From Escherichia coli (GTDB lineage: Bacteria; Pseudomonadota; Gammaproteobacteria; Enterobacterales; Enterobacteriaceae): a DNA stretch of 64,000 nt. How positions within the stretch are numbered: position 1 is the stretch's first letter; the number at the start of each line of letters is the position of its first letter. This document shows positions 40,381 to 50,560 of this stretch, one piece after another. Position numbers and translations under genes: made by a program. Location of the stretch: NCBI RefSeq assembly GCF_045037415.1, contig NZ_CP173438.1; one strand, written 5' to 3'. Below the pieces are notes generated by a model. The model searched no databases. It saw only the letters and a program-made list of their open reading frames with translations, and was not told the DNA's origin.

Positions 40381-41820
<1,440 letters not shown>

Positions 41821-42026
41821 TCATACAAATAAGATGACGGCATTTTACTCGCACGTTCCATGAAAATCCTTTGCAAAGCGTAATGTTTCAAATGCACAAA
41901 ACTTTTATACTCTAAGAAATCAGGATTGCACCAGTACAAGCAGCCTGATGTTTGACGAGTATTTAACTTGTTATGAATAACATAGAATAGCAGCCATTCA
42001 CTTTTTCTACGAATCAGGAACCCTCC

Positions 42027-43307
42027 ATGAGTAAGTCTGAAAATCTTTACAGCGCAGCGCGCGAGCTGATCCCTGGCGGCGTGAACTCCCCTGTTCGCGC
42101 CTTTACTGGCGTGGGCGGCACTCCACTGTTTATCGAAAAAGCGGACGGCGCTTATCTGTACGATGTTGATGGCAAAGCCTATATCGATTATGTCGGTTCC
42201 TGGGGGCCGATGGTGCTGGGCCATAACCATCCGGCGATCCGCAATGCCGTGATTGAAGCCGCCGAGCGTGGTTTAAGCTTTGGTGCACCAACCGAAATGG
42301 AAGTGAAAATGGCGCAACTGGTGACCGAACTGGTCCCGACCATGGATATGGTGCGCATGGTGAACTCCGGCACCGAGGCGACGATGAGCGCCATCCGCCT
42401 GGCCCGTGGTTTTACCGGTCGCGACAAAATTATTAAATTTGAAGGTTGTTACCACGGTCACGCTGACTGCTTGCTGGTGAAAGCCGGTTCTGGCGCACTC
42501 ACGTTAGGCCAGCCAAATTCGCCGGGTGTTCCGGCAGATTTCGCCAAACATACCTTAACCTGTACTTATAACGATCTGGCCTCTGTACGCGCCGCGTTTG
42601 AGCAATACCCGCAAGAGATTGCCTGTATTATCGTCGAGCCGGTGGCAGGCAATATGAACTGCGTGCCACCGCTGCCAGAGTTCCTGCCAGGTCTGCGCGC
42701 GCTGTGCGACGAATTTGGCGCGTTGCTGATCATCGATGAAGTGATGACCGGTTTCCGCGTAGCGCTAGCTGGCGCACAGGATTATTACGGTGTGGAACCG
42801 GATCTCACCTGCCTCGGCAAAATCATCGGCGGTGGAATGCCGGTAGGCGCATTCGGTGGTCGTCGTGATGTAATGGATGCGCTGGCCCCGACCGGTCCGG
42901 TCTATCAGGCGGGTACGCTTTCCGGTAACCCGATTGCGATGGCTGCTGGTTTCGCCTGTCTGAATGAAGTCGCACAGCCGGGCGTTCACGAGACGCTGGA
43001 TGAGCTGACAACACGTCTGGCAGAAGGTCTGCGGGAAGCGGCAGAAGAAGCCGGAATTCCGCTGGTGGTAAACCACGTTGGCGGCATGTTCGGTATTTTC
43101 TTTACCGACGCCGAGTCCGTGACATGCTACCAGGATGTGATGTCCTGTGACGTGGAACGCTTTAAACGTTTCTTCCATATGATGCTGGACGAAGGTGTTT
43201 ATCTGGCACCGTCAGCGTTTGAAGCGGGCTTTATGTCTGTGGCGCACAGCATGGAAGATATCAATAACACCATCGATGCTGCACGTCGGGTGTTTGCGAA
43301 GTTGTGA
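42027..43307 (+). CDS. hemL: glutamate-1-semialdehyde 2,1-aminomutase
   Basis: 426-aa [29 protein letters not shown]... Confidence 0.96.
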   Translation: MSKSENLYSAARELIPGGVNSPVRAFTGVGGTPLFIEKADGAYLYDVDGKAYIDYVGSWGPMVLGHNHPAIRNAVIEAAERGLSFGAPTEMEVKMAQLVTELVPTMDMVRMVNSGTEATMSAIRLARGFTGRDKIIKFEGCYHGHADCLLVKAGSGALTLGQPNSPGVPADFAKHTLTCTYNDLASVRAAFEQYPQEIACIIVEPVAGNMNCVPPLPEFLPGLRALCDEFGALLIIDEVMTGFRVALAGAQDYYGVEPDLTCLGKIIGGGMPVGAFGGRRDVMDALAPTGPVYQAGTLSGNPIAMAAGFACLNEVAQPGVHETLDELTTRLAEGLREAAEEAGIPLVVNHVGGMFGIFFTDAESVTCYQDVMSCDVERFKRFFHMMLDEGVYLAPSAFEAGFMSVAHSMEDINNTIDAARRVFAKL

Positions 43308-43314
43308 TGATTTT

Positions 43315-43335
43315 GCCTCGCCCACCGGGCGAGGC
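43315..43335. terminator. bidirectional terminator hairpin between convergent hemL and fhuB
   Basis: gcctcgccc acc gggcgaggc, 9-bp perfect stem, flanked by ttttg. Confidence 0.65.
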
Positions 43336-43341
43336 ATCCTA

Positions 43342-45324
43342 TTAACGGCTCTGCTTTCTCAACAAATAGATAAAATATGGCGCGCCGATAAAGGTCGACA
43401 GCAGCCCCGCTGGGATCTGGAATGGAAACAATACCATCCGCCCACACCAGTCAGCGAACACCAGCAGTAATCCTCCCACCAGCGCCGAAATTACGATGTG
43501 TGGCATCGTCCGTCGAAAGCCCATCATCCGCGCAATATGCGGTGCCATTAAACCAACAAAACTCAACGGACCAATGGTCATTGTCGCGGTCGCCGTCAGG
43601 CAAGCCGCTAACAGCAGCAGCGCAATTCGCGTCGGCGTCAGCGCCATCCCCACGGCTCGTGCGGTATCACCACCCAGCGGTAAAATGGTCAGCCAGCGGC
43701 GGCACAGCGGGGTAATCGCCAGCAAAATCACCATCACAATTCCAGTACGCCAGACCTGCGCATCGGTCGCGTTGTAGGTCGAACCGGAAATCCAGGTCAG
43801 AACTTGCGCCATTCGCGGGTCACCACTTGCCTGCAACATCATCAAAAGCATGGTGAACGCGGTACTTAACGCCATCCCCGCCAGTAACATGCGGTGTGGG
43901 GAAAATCCACCGCGTCCGGCGGCGATCATAATGATCAACAGCGTCACCGCCGCCCCGAGACTGCCTGTGGGTAACAGCCAGCCAAAGGCATTACCCGGCA
44001 CCAGAAACAGCATTAACACCACGCCAAACGCCGCGCCGGAGCTAATCCCCAGCACTTCCGGGCTTGCCATCGGGTTTCCGGTCAGCCGCTGAATAATACA
44101 GCCCGCCACCGCCAGCATGACACCCGCAAACAGCGCCGCCATAATTCGCGGCCAGCGCCAGGGCATCAAATCCTCGAGCAACGCCCCGCTCGCCCACGTC
44201 CAGCCGTGCGCATCACGACCAAACGACAGCGCCACCACCACAGCCATCAACAGCAGCACGCCGCCCGCGAGAGCAAACGCCAGCACGTGTTGGCGTTCAG
44301 TCGCGACACGATCGTTGACCTTCATATCCGGCGCGCTAATGCTGCGTAAACGCGGCAGCAGCCACAGTAGCAGCGGCGCACCGATCAACGCAGTGACCGA
44401 ACCGGTAGACACTTCCATCCACACGCGAGTCAGCCAGAGGATGATTTGATCAGAAAGCCACAGAATTAACGCACCAATCAGCGATGCCAGCATCAACCGT
44501 GGCAACAAACGCCGCGCCCCCAGCATTTTCGCCAGCAGTGGCGCGAACAAACCGATAAAGCCGATAATCCCCACCGCGTTCACCAGCAGCGCACTGATGA
44601 CAATCGCCAGCGACAACGCCGCCAGACGAGCGAGCGACAAGGCCAGCCCGAGATTGCGCGCCACGCCATCATCAAGCCCCATCAGAGTTAACGGGCGAAG
44701 TAGCAATAACGTCAGCATCACGCCGCCCAGCAGCTGCGGCCATAAACGCTCAACGCCGCCCCAGTCGGTTTGCGTCAGCGTTCCGGTGCTCCACAGGAAC
44801 ATGCTTTGCAGTTGGTCATGATGGAAGATAACCAGTAACTGATTGATTGCGCCGCAATAAAGGCTCACTACCAGCCCCGCGAGGATCAGCGTTACCGGCG
44901 AAAGCCGTTTCCCCCACGCGACGCCAAAGACGATTAAGCCAACAACACAAGCCCCTGCCAGCGCAGCAAACTGGCTCGCCATCGCGCCGGGGATCGCCCA
45001 GAGCGTGGTGACGGTAATCCCCAGTTGCGCGCCTGTTGCAACACCCAACGTCGTCGGTTCCGCCAGCGGGTTACGCAGCACTTGCTGAAACAGCACGCCC
45101 ACCATCCCCAGGCCCGCGCCCACCAGCAGCGAAATCGCCAGACGCGGCAACAAGCTGTAGTGAAAAATCATCTGCTCGATGACGTCAATATCCGGCGACC
45201 AGGCGGCCTGCGCCCACTGGCTGCGCGGCAGCGCCTGCGAGAAGTTCATCCAGGTCAACGCCGCAGCAGCAACCACCAGCAGCGCCAGCAATAACACCGG
45301 AAAAAGCGCAATTCGTTTACTCAC
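43342..45324 (-). CDS. fhuB: ferric hydroxamate ABC transporter permease
   Basis: 660-aa duplicated FecCD-type permease. Confidence 0.93.
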   Translation of the reverse strand: MSKRIALFPVLLLALLVVAAAALTWMNFSQALPRSQWAQAAWSPDIDVIEQMIFHYSLLPRLAISLLVGAGLGMVGVLFQQVLRNPLAEPTTLGVATGAQLGITVTTLWAIPGAMASQFAALAGACVVGLIVFGVAWGKRLSPVTLILAGLVVSLYCGAINQLLVIFHHDQLQSMFLWSTGTLTQTDWGGVERLWPQLLGGVMLTLLLLRPLTLMGLDDGVARNLGLALSLARLAALSLAIVISALLVNAVGIIGFIGLFAPLLAKMLGARRLLPRLMLASLIGALILWLSDQIILWLTRVWMEVSTGSVTALIGAPLLLWLLPRLRSISAPDMKVNDRVATERQHVLAFALAGGVLLLMAVVVALSFGRDAHGWTWASGALLEDLMPWRWPRIMAALFAGVMLAVAGCIIQRLTGNPMASPEVLGISSGAAFGVVLMLFLVPGNAFGWLLPTGSLGAAVTLLIIMIAAGRGGFSPHRMLLAGMALSTAFTMLLMMLQASGDPRMAQVLTWISGSTYNATDAQVWRTGIVMVILLAITPLCRRWLTILPLGGDTARAVGMALTPTRIALLLLAACLTATATMTIGPLSFVGLMAPHIARMMGFRRTMPHIVISALVGGLLLVFADWCGRMVLFPFQIPAGLLSTFIGAPYFIYLLRKQSR

Positions 45325-46211
45325 GCTTTACCTCCGATGGCGTTATCCAGAATACGCACAAAGTGCATTGCAGAAAGCGTCGCACCATAGAACCAAACTG
45401 CAGGTACGCGCTGAAAGCGTCCGGCGCGGACAAACGGCATGGCCTGCCACAGCGGGGTTGCCATTAGCGCATCCATGTCTTTGCTGTTGTCGTGATCAAA
45501 ACAGAGCACATCAACGTCTTTATACGCTGCCAGACGATCGATACTGACGGCGGTACTGCCCCAGAAGTTGGTTTCCCCTTGCCAGGCATTTGGGATGCCG
45601 TACTCATCGAGAATTTCCTGGAACAAGCTGTTTGGACCGAAGACCAACATATGGCGCGGATCGATAAGCGTCGTCAGCAATAACGGGCGTGCACCACGCT
45701 TCACAAAGCGGGGTTTCATGCTGCGGATAAAGTCTTCATAGTGCGCTAAATGCGTTTCCGCTGCGCTTTGCAGGTTAAGTAAATCTGCCATTTCCGTCAG
45801 TGATTTACGCGCCATCGCCAGTGGCTGTTTGCCGTCGCTGAAGTTAAATCCGCGCCCCGGCGCAATACGTGCCAGCATTTCTGGTGAAGGGCCATATCCT
45901 GCAGACCAGACCATAAACGACGGTTTCATTTCGGTCAGCAGTTCAAGGTTGGGTTCTGTACGCAAACCAACGTCAATCACTGAGTCCGGCAATGGCGGTT
46001 CGCTGACCCACAGGCGATAGTTGATGGTGTCCGCCACGCCGTAAGGCACGATGCCGAGCGCCAGCAGTAACTCCACCGGCAACCACTCCAGTGCCACAAT
46101 ACGATTGGGATCAATAACCGCCGCGTGGGCGGTATTCATCTGCCATAACAACGGAGAAAGCGCCATCGCCGTTAACAGTCGGCGGCGCGAAATAAGAGGT
46201 AAGCCGCTCAT
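45321..46211 (-). CDS. fhuD: ferric hydroxamate periplasmic binding protein
   Basis: ORF track 45321..46214 begins at TTG; ATG at 46211 gives MSGLPLISRRRLLTAMALSPLLW..., 296 aa, Tat-like RRR signal. Confidence 0.9.
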   Translation of the reverse strand: MSGLPLISRRRLLTAMALSPLLWQMNTAHAAVIDPNRIVALEWLPVELLLALGIVPYGVADTINYRLWVSEPPLPDSVIDVGLRTEPNLELLTEMKPSFMVWSAGYGPSPEMLARIAPGRGFNFSDGKQPLAMARKSLTEMADLLNLQSAAETHLAHYEDFIRSMKPRFVKRGARPLLLTTLIDPRHMLVFGPNSLFQEILDEYGIPNAWQGETNFWGSTAVSIDRLAAYKDVDVLCFDHDNSKDMDALMATPLWQAMPFVRAGRFQRVPAVWFYGATLSAMHFVRILDNAIGGKA

Positions 46212-47008
46212 CAATAAACAAAACTCACAGGTGCAGCACCCGCCGGATGCGGCAGAATACCCATCGGGATGCCATAAATCATTTCGAGGGTTTCGCCGCG
46301 CATAATTTCCGCAGGCGTTCCCTGAGCAATCATTTCACCGCCGCGTAGGGCGACCAGATAATCACAGTAGCGCGCCGCCATATTGATATCGTGCAGCACG
46401 GCAATGACCGTCAGGCCACGCTCCTGACTTAAACGATGCACCAGCGCCAGTACATCAACCTGGTGGGCGATATCCAGCGCCGAAGTCGGTTCGTCGAGCA
46501 ACAGACAGCGGCTATCCTGCGCCACCAGCATGGCGATCCACGCCCGCTGACGTTCGCCGCCAGAAAGGCTATCGACCAGCCGATGCGCCAGCGGTTTTAA
46601 GCCAACCAGCGAGATAGCTTCCTCGACCTTTTCGCGATCTGCAACACCAAAGCGCCCCAGCGCGCCATGCCACGGGTAACGACCAATCGCCACCAGTTCA
46701 CGCACGGTCATCCCTTCTGCCGGAGGAAGCTGCTGCGGCAAATAAGCCACTTTGCGGGCAAACGCTTTGCTGCTCCAGCTTTCCAGCGGTTGGGCATCAA
46801 TAAGAATCTCCCCTTCCGACGGTGGCTGGTGACGACCAAGCATTTTGAGCAGAGTGGATTTACCAGAACCGTTGTGACCAATCAGACCGGTCACTTTCCC
46901 GGCAGGAAAGGTTAACGACAGCGGATGCAAAAGCGTGCGCCCGGGCACACGAAAGGAGATATTACGCAGTGCAAAAGTGGTATCGGAATGATTCGTGTAT
47001 TCCTGCAT
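46211..47008 (-). CDS. fhuC: ferric hydroxamate ABC transporter ATP-binding protein
   Basis: ORF track 46211..47050; ATG at 47008 gives MQEYTNHSDTTFALRNISF..., 265 aa, Walker A GHNGSGKST. Confidence 0.93.
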   Translation of the reverse strand: MQEYTNHSDTTFALRNISFRVPGRTLLHPLSLTFPAGKVTGLIGHNGSGKSTLLKMLGRHQPPSEGEILIDAQPLESWSSKAFARKVAYLPQQLPPAEGMTVRELVAIGRYPWHGALGRFGVADREKVEEAISLVGLKPLAHRLVDSLSGGERQRAWIAMLVAQDSRCLLLDEPTSALDIAHQVDVLALVHRLSQERGLTVIAVLHDINMAARYCDYLVALRGGEMIAQGTPAEIMRGETLEMIYGIPMGILPHPAGAAPVSFVY

Positions 47009-47059
47009 AACAGCCAACTTGTGAAACGGGCACGGAAATCCGTGCCCCAAAAAGAGAAA

Positions 47060-49309
47060 TTAGAAACGGAAGGTTGCGGTTGCAACGACCTGACGTTCTG
47101 CGCCCCAGAAGCAACCATAAGTGTTAAAGCAGCTGGCGACGTATTCACGATCGAACAGGTTGTTGACATGCAGCGCCACGTTGGAGCCCGCCATGCCGAC
47201 TCGCGCCAGATCATAACGCACTAACGCATCCACGACCGTATAACTTCCCACTTTAAAGGAGTTAGCCGGATCACCATAGCTGGAGCCAGTATAACGACCA
47301 CCGGTGCCCAGCGTCAGACCTGAAAGCGGACCGTCAAAGAAGGTATAGTCAGCCCACAGCGAAGCCATGTGTTTTGGCACCTGTGCAGGCGTATTTCCTT
47401 TGTAGTTGGTGTCAGTGGTGTATTCCGCGTCAGTATAGGTGTAAGAACCAACCAAGTTAACACTCGCCGACAGTGCCGCTTTCGCTTCCAGCTCTACGCC
47501 ACGCGCACGAATCTCACCGCCTTCAACCGAGAACAGTGAACCGTTCGGATCCGCCATCAGGTTATTAGTTTTGGTAAGCTGATACAGTGCGCCAGTCACC
47601 ACAATTGGGCGATCTTCTGGCACATATTTCACGCCGACTTCATACTGTTTGCCTTTCGAAGGTGCAAACAGATCGCCGTTCGCATCAGTCTGTGAAGCGG
47701 GTTCAAATGATTCACTGTAGCTGAAGTAAGGCGTTACGCCGTTGTCGAACAGGTAGTTTACACCACCACGCCAGGTGAACTCTTTGTCGTCACGTTCAGA
47801 TTTATTACCGTAATCACGGTTGAAAGATGACTGATCGGCCCAGTCATAGCGACCGCCAAGCGTAACCAGCACTTTATCCCACTGCGCCTGATCCTGAACA
47901 TACAGGCCGGTTTGTTTCTGTTTCAGCAGAACGCGGTATGGACCAGACGGATTCGGGTGAGCGCCAAAATCAAAGTCACTACGGTCTAAATTATAGATAT
48001 CAGATGGTGCAACTGAACCGGCATAACCAAACCAGGAATCGATGTCATTACGCATACGCATAAAGTCAACGCCAGTCAGCAGAGTGTGATCCACTGAACC
48101 GGTTGCGAATTTGCTTTGCAACTGAGTATCAACAGAGAAGTTTTCTAACTTCTCATTATCGATAACGTACTGACGAGTCAGTGTATGGCCCCATTGAGAC
48201 TGCGGCACGTTAGCACATGGACTCGAAGAGGGGTTTGAAGAATAGAGCGGGTCTGAGCACATGCCGTAGCCATATACGCTCTTTTGCGAGACTTTATTTT
48301 GTGCAAAGCGCAGGTTCTGACGCACAGTAAAGGTGTCGTTAAATTCGTGGTCGAAGCTATAACCAATCATCTTCTCGTTACGAGAATAGGTGTTGTTCTT
48401 CGCGCCTTCGTTAAAGTCGGTCGGCAGACGCTTACCGTTTGGCAGCGGTTCGACAGTCCCCTCTTTCGGCAACCAGCCGTAATAACCGGTTTCCGGCTCG
48501 TTCTGGAAGTAAGAAAGGAAAGTGAAATTGGTTTTATCATTCGGACGCCAGGTAAACGCTGGAGCAATAGCATAACGCTGCTCTTCAGCCCCCTTCTGCT
48601 GGGCATTCGCAGAACGCGCAAGGCCGGTCAGGCGATAAGAGTAAACGCCGTCATCATCCAGCGCATCGCTGAAGTCAAAACCAGTCTGGAATAGGCTGTC
48701 AGTCCCGGCCTTAAACTGAACTTCTTTCAACGGTTCAGTGGTCGGGCGCTTGCTGACCATGTTCAACAGGCCGCCTGGGCTGCTTTTCCCATACAGCACG
48801 GAAACCGGGCCACGCATGATTTCAGCGCGCTCCAGCATATATGGGTCAATAACCGCATCGTTATAGAAGTTGCCCTGCATCTTCAGGCCATTCAGATAGT
48901 TGTTCTGGCTTTGGCCGTCTGCCGCAAATCCGCGGATGATCAGGTAATCATAAGTATTAGATGCGCCACGGGTTCCCACAGCAACGCCAGGGGTATAGCT
49001 AAGCGCTTCTTTCACCGACTTAGGCTGATGCAGTGCCATCTCTTCAGCGGTGACGACAGAAATAGATTGAGGTACTTTTTGAATCGGCGTATCAGTTTTA
49101 GTGCCGGTAGCGGACTGTCGCGCCGCAATAGTTGCAGCTGGCCCCCATGCGCTTTCTTGCGGCGCAGGTGCAGCGGTAACGGTGATAGTGTCTTCTTTCG
49201 GTTCAACCGCTGCCTGTGCATAAACAGACATGCCGCTAACCGCTGTGGCTACTACAACTGCGATTTTACGCAGTGAGTGTTTTGGCTGAGCAGTTTTGGA
49301 ACGCGCCAT
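47060..49309 (-). CDS. fhuA: TonB-dependent ferrichrome outer-membrane receptor FhuA (receptor for phages T1/T5/phi80, colicin M, albomycin); loop variant differing from K-12
   Basis: 749-aa ORF; signal peptide, TonB box DTITVTA, C-terminal ...ATATFRF; several internal segments differ from the K-12 sequence as I recall it. Confidence 0.95.
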   Translation of the reverse strand: MARSKTAQPKHSLRKIAVVVATAVSGMSVYAQAAVEPKEDTITVTAAPAPQESAWGPAATIAARQSATGTKTDTPIQKVPQSISVVTAEEMALHQPKSVKEALSYTPGVAVGTRGASNTYDYLIIRGFAADGQSQNNYLNGLKMQGNFYNDAVIDPYMLERAEIMRGPVSVLYGKSSPGGLLNMVSKRPTTEPLKEVQFKAGTDSLFQTGFDFSDALDDDGVYSYRLTGLARSANAQQKGAEEQRYAIAPAFTWRPNDKTNFTFLSYFQNEPETGYYGWLPKEGTVEPLPNGKRLPTDFNEGAKNNTYSRNEKMIGYSFDHEFNDTFTVRQNLRFAQNKVSQKSVYGYGMCSDPLYSSNPSSSPCANVPQSQWGHTLTRQYVIDNEKLENFSVDTQLQSKFATGSVDHTLLTGVDFMRMRNDIDSWFGYAGSVAPSDIYNLDRSDFDFGAHPNPSGPYRVLLKQKQTGLYVQDQAQWDKVLVTLGGRYDWADQSSFNRDYGNKSERDDKEFTWRGGVNYLFDNGVTPYFSYSESFEPASQTDANGDLFAPSKGKQYEVGVKYVPEDRPIVVTGALYQLTKTNNLMADPNGSLFSVEGGEIRARGVELEAKAALSASVNLVGSYTYTDAEYTTDTNYKGNTPAQVPKHMASLWADYTFFDGPLSGLTLGTGGRYTGSSYGDPANSFKVGSYTVVDALVRYDLARVGMAGSNVALHVNNLFDREYVASCFNTYGCFWGAERQVVATATFRF

Positions 49310-49330
49310 TGGTATATCTCTGATGAAAGT

Positions 49331-49364
49331 GAATGATAACGTAAACGAGAATGATTATTATAAA
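49331..49364 (-). promoter_or_regulatory. Fur-box-like AT-rich dyad in the fhuA promoter region
   Basis: gaatgataacgtaaacgagaatgattattataaa contains GATAAT/ATCATT hexamers 20-55 nt upstream of the fhuA ATG. Confidence 0.55.
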
Positions 49365-49528
49365 GATGCGATAATATTCGAAACGCTGGCGGGTTCGCAA
49401 GTGATATACGCTCTGTGCGTCCATGAAGGGGCGAGAATCAATCAGATGAATCAAAAATGTTAATCTTTGCACCGTAAACCATAAAAATTCCATTACCAAA
49501 AATTAACATTTATGGCAAAGGGAAAAGC

Positions 49529-50539
49529 TTATCGGTAATACACTTCGAAGGTGGCAACAGAATTAACCCGACCACTTTTGACGCTACCCATTTTGATGTA
49601 GCGTGCTTTTAACGGAATAGTAACATTTTGATTTAACGTCGTTTTTTGAACAGGTGTATAGTCTGTATCAAATACCATCACATTGTTATTACTATCGAGG
49701 ATCTGCAGACCAACTCCTTCCGCCATTCCTGAACCAGACTCAATATTAAGAATATTATTACCCGTTACTCCAGTAGAACCTGATGAAGTAAAGCGGTAAT
49801 CAACTTTTACATCCTGAGAACATTTTTCAATCTGAATTTTAAACCGATCATCGGAAACTACAGGTGACACATTGTTAACATCAAAATCATCTGTGCCAAT
49901 ATCATTGAGTGGAACGGTAATATTTTTTTCTATAAGGTCGCATGTGCCCGGTTGAATATTGACCGGAACAGAACTAAAACGAAGCTCTCCAATAACACGA
50001 TTGTCATACTTCCAGTCAGCAACCAGTTTGCTGGTATCAATGGTCCCATTACCGACAGGTCCTGTGACAATAAACTGAATAGCTGCATGTATTGTAATCG
50101 GATAACCATATCCTTTAATCACTGTTGACGAGCCTTTATGCCAGGGCGTCATTAAATATCCGGCGGTGAGTTGCGCACTGGTGTTATTCGCCCACGCCGC
50201 GCGAAAACCGATTCCTGGCACATTAGTCTGAAACACATTGTTAAGTGGGTTATCAGTACGCATATCACCGTTTGTCAATACGGTATATCCTTGCCAGATC
50301 TCACCATTTGCCGTACAGGAAACTGAAATTGACGGACTGTTCGCATTTACTGTCGCAATAATCGTTCCAGGAACGGCATCGCTATTAACAACCAACGCAG
50401 GCACGGAGAATTGTACTGTTGCCGGATTTCCTCCATTTCCAGAAATGTTACAACCGGCGAAAACCTCAGGAATGACGCCCCAGCTAAGAAATATTATGGT
50501 CAATAATGTTCGTATATAAGAGACGAATCCTGGCTTCAT
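49529..50539 (-). CDS. fimbrial tip adhesin / minor subunit (two-domain, 336 aa) of a chaperone-usher pilus
   Basis: Signal peptide MKPGFVSYIRTLLTIIFLSWGVIPEVFA; C-terminal pilin-type ...SVATFEVYYR; last gene of operon after the usher; AT-rich. Confidence 0.8.
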   Translation of the reverse strand: MKPGFVSYIRTLLTIIFLSWGVIPEVFAGCNISGNGGNPATVQFSVPALVVNSDAVPGTIIATVNANSPSISVSCTANGEIWQGYTVLTNGDMRTDNPLNNVFQTNVPGIGFRAAWANNTSAQLTAGYLMTPWHKGSSTVIKGYGYPITIHAAIQFIVTGPVGNGTIDTSKLVADWKYDNRVIGELRFSSVPVNIQPGTCDLIEKNITVPLNDIGTDDFDVNNVSPVVSDDRFKIQIEKCSQDVKVDYRFTSSGSTGVTGNNILNIESGSGMAEGVGLQILDSNNNVMVFDTDYTPVQKTTLNQNVTIPLKARYIKMGSVKSGRVNSVATFEVYYR

Positions 50540-50560
50540 TATTTTTTCCTGTCTTATTTG

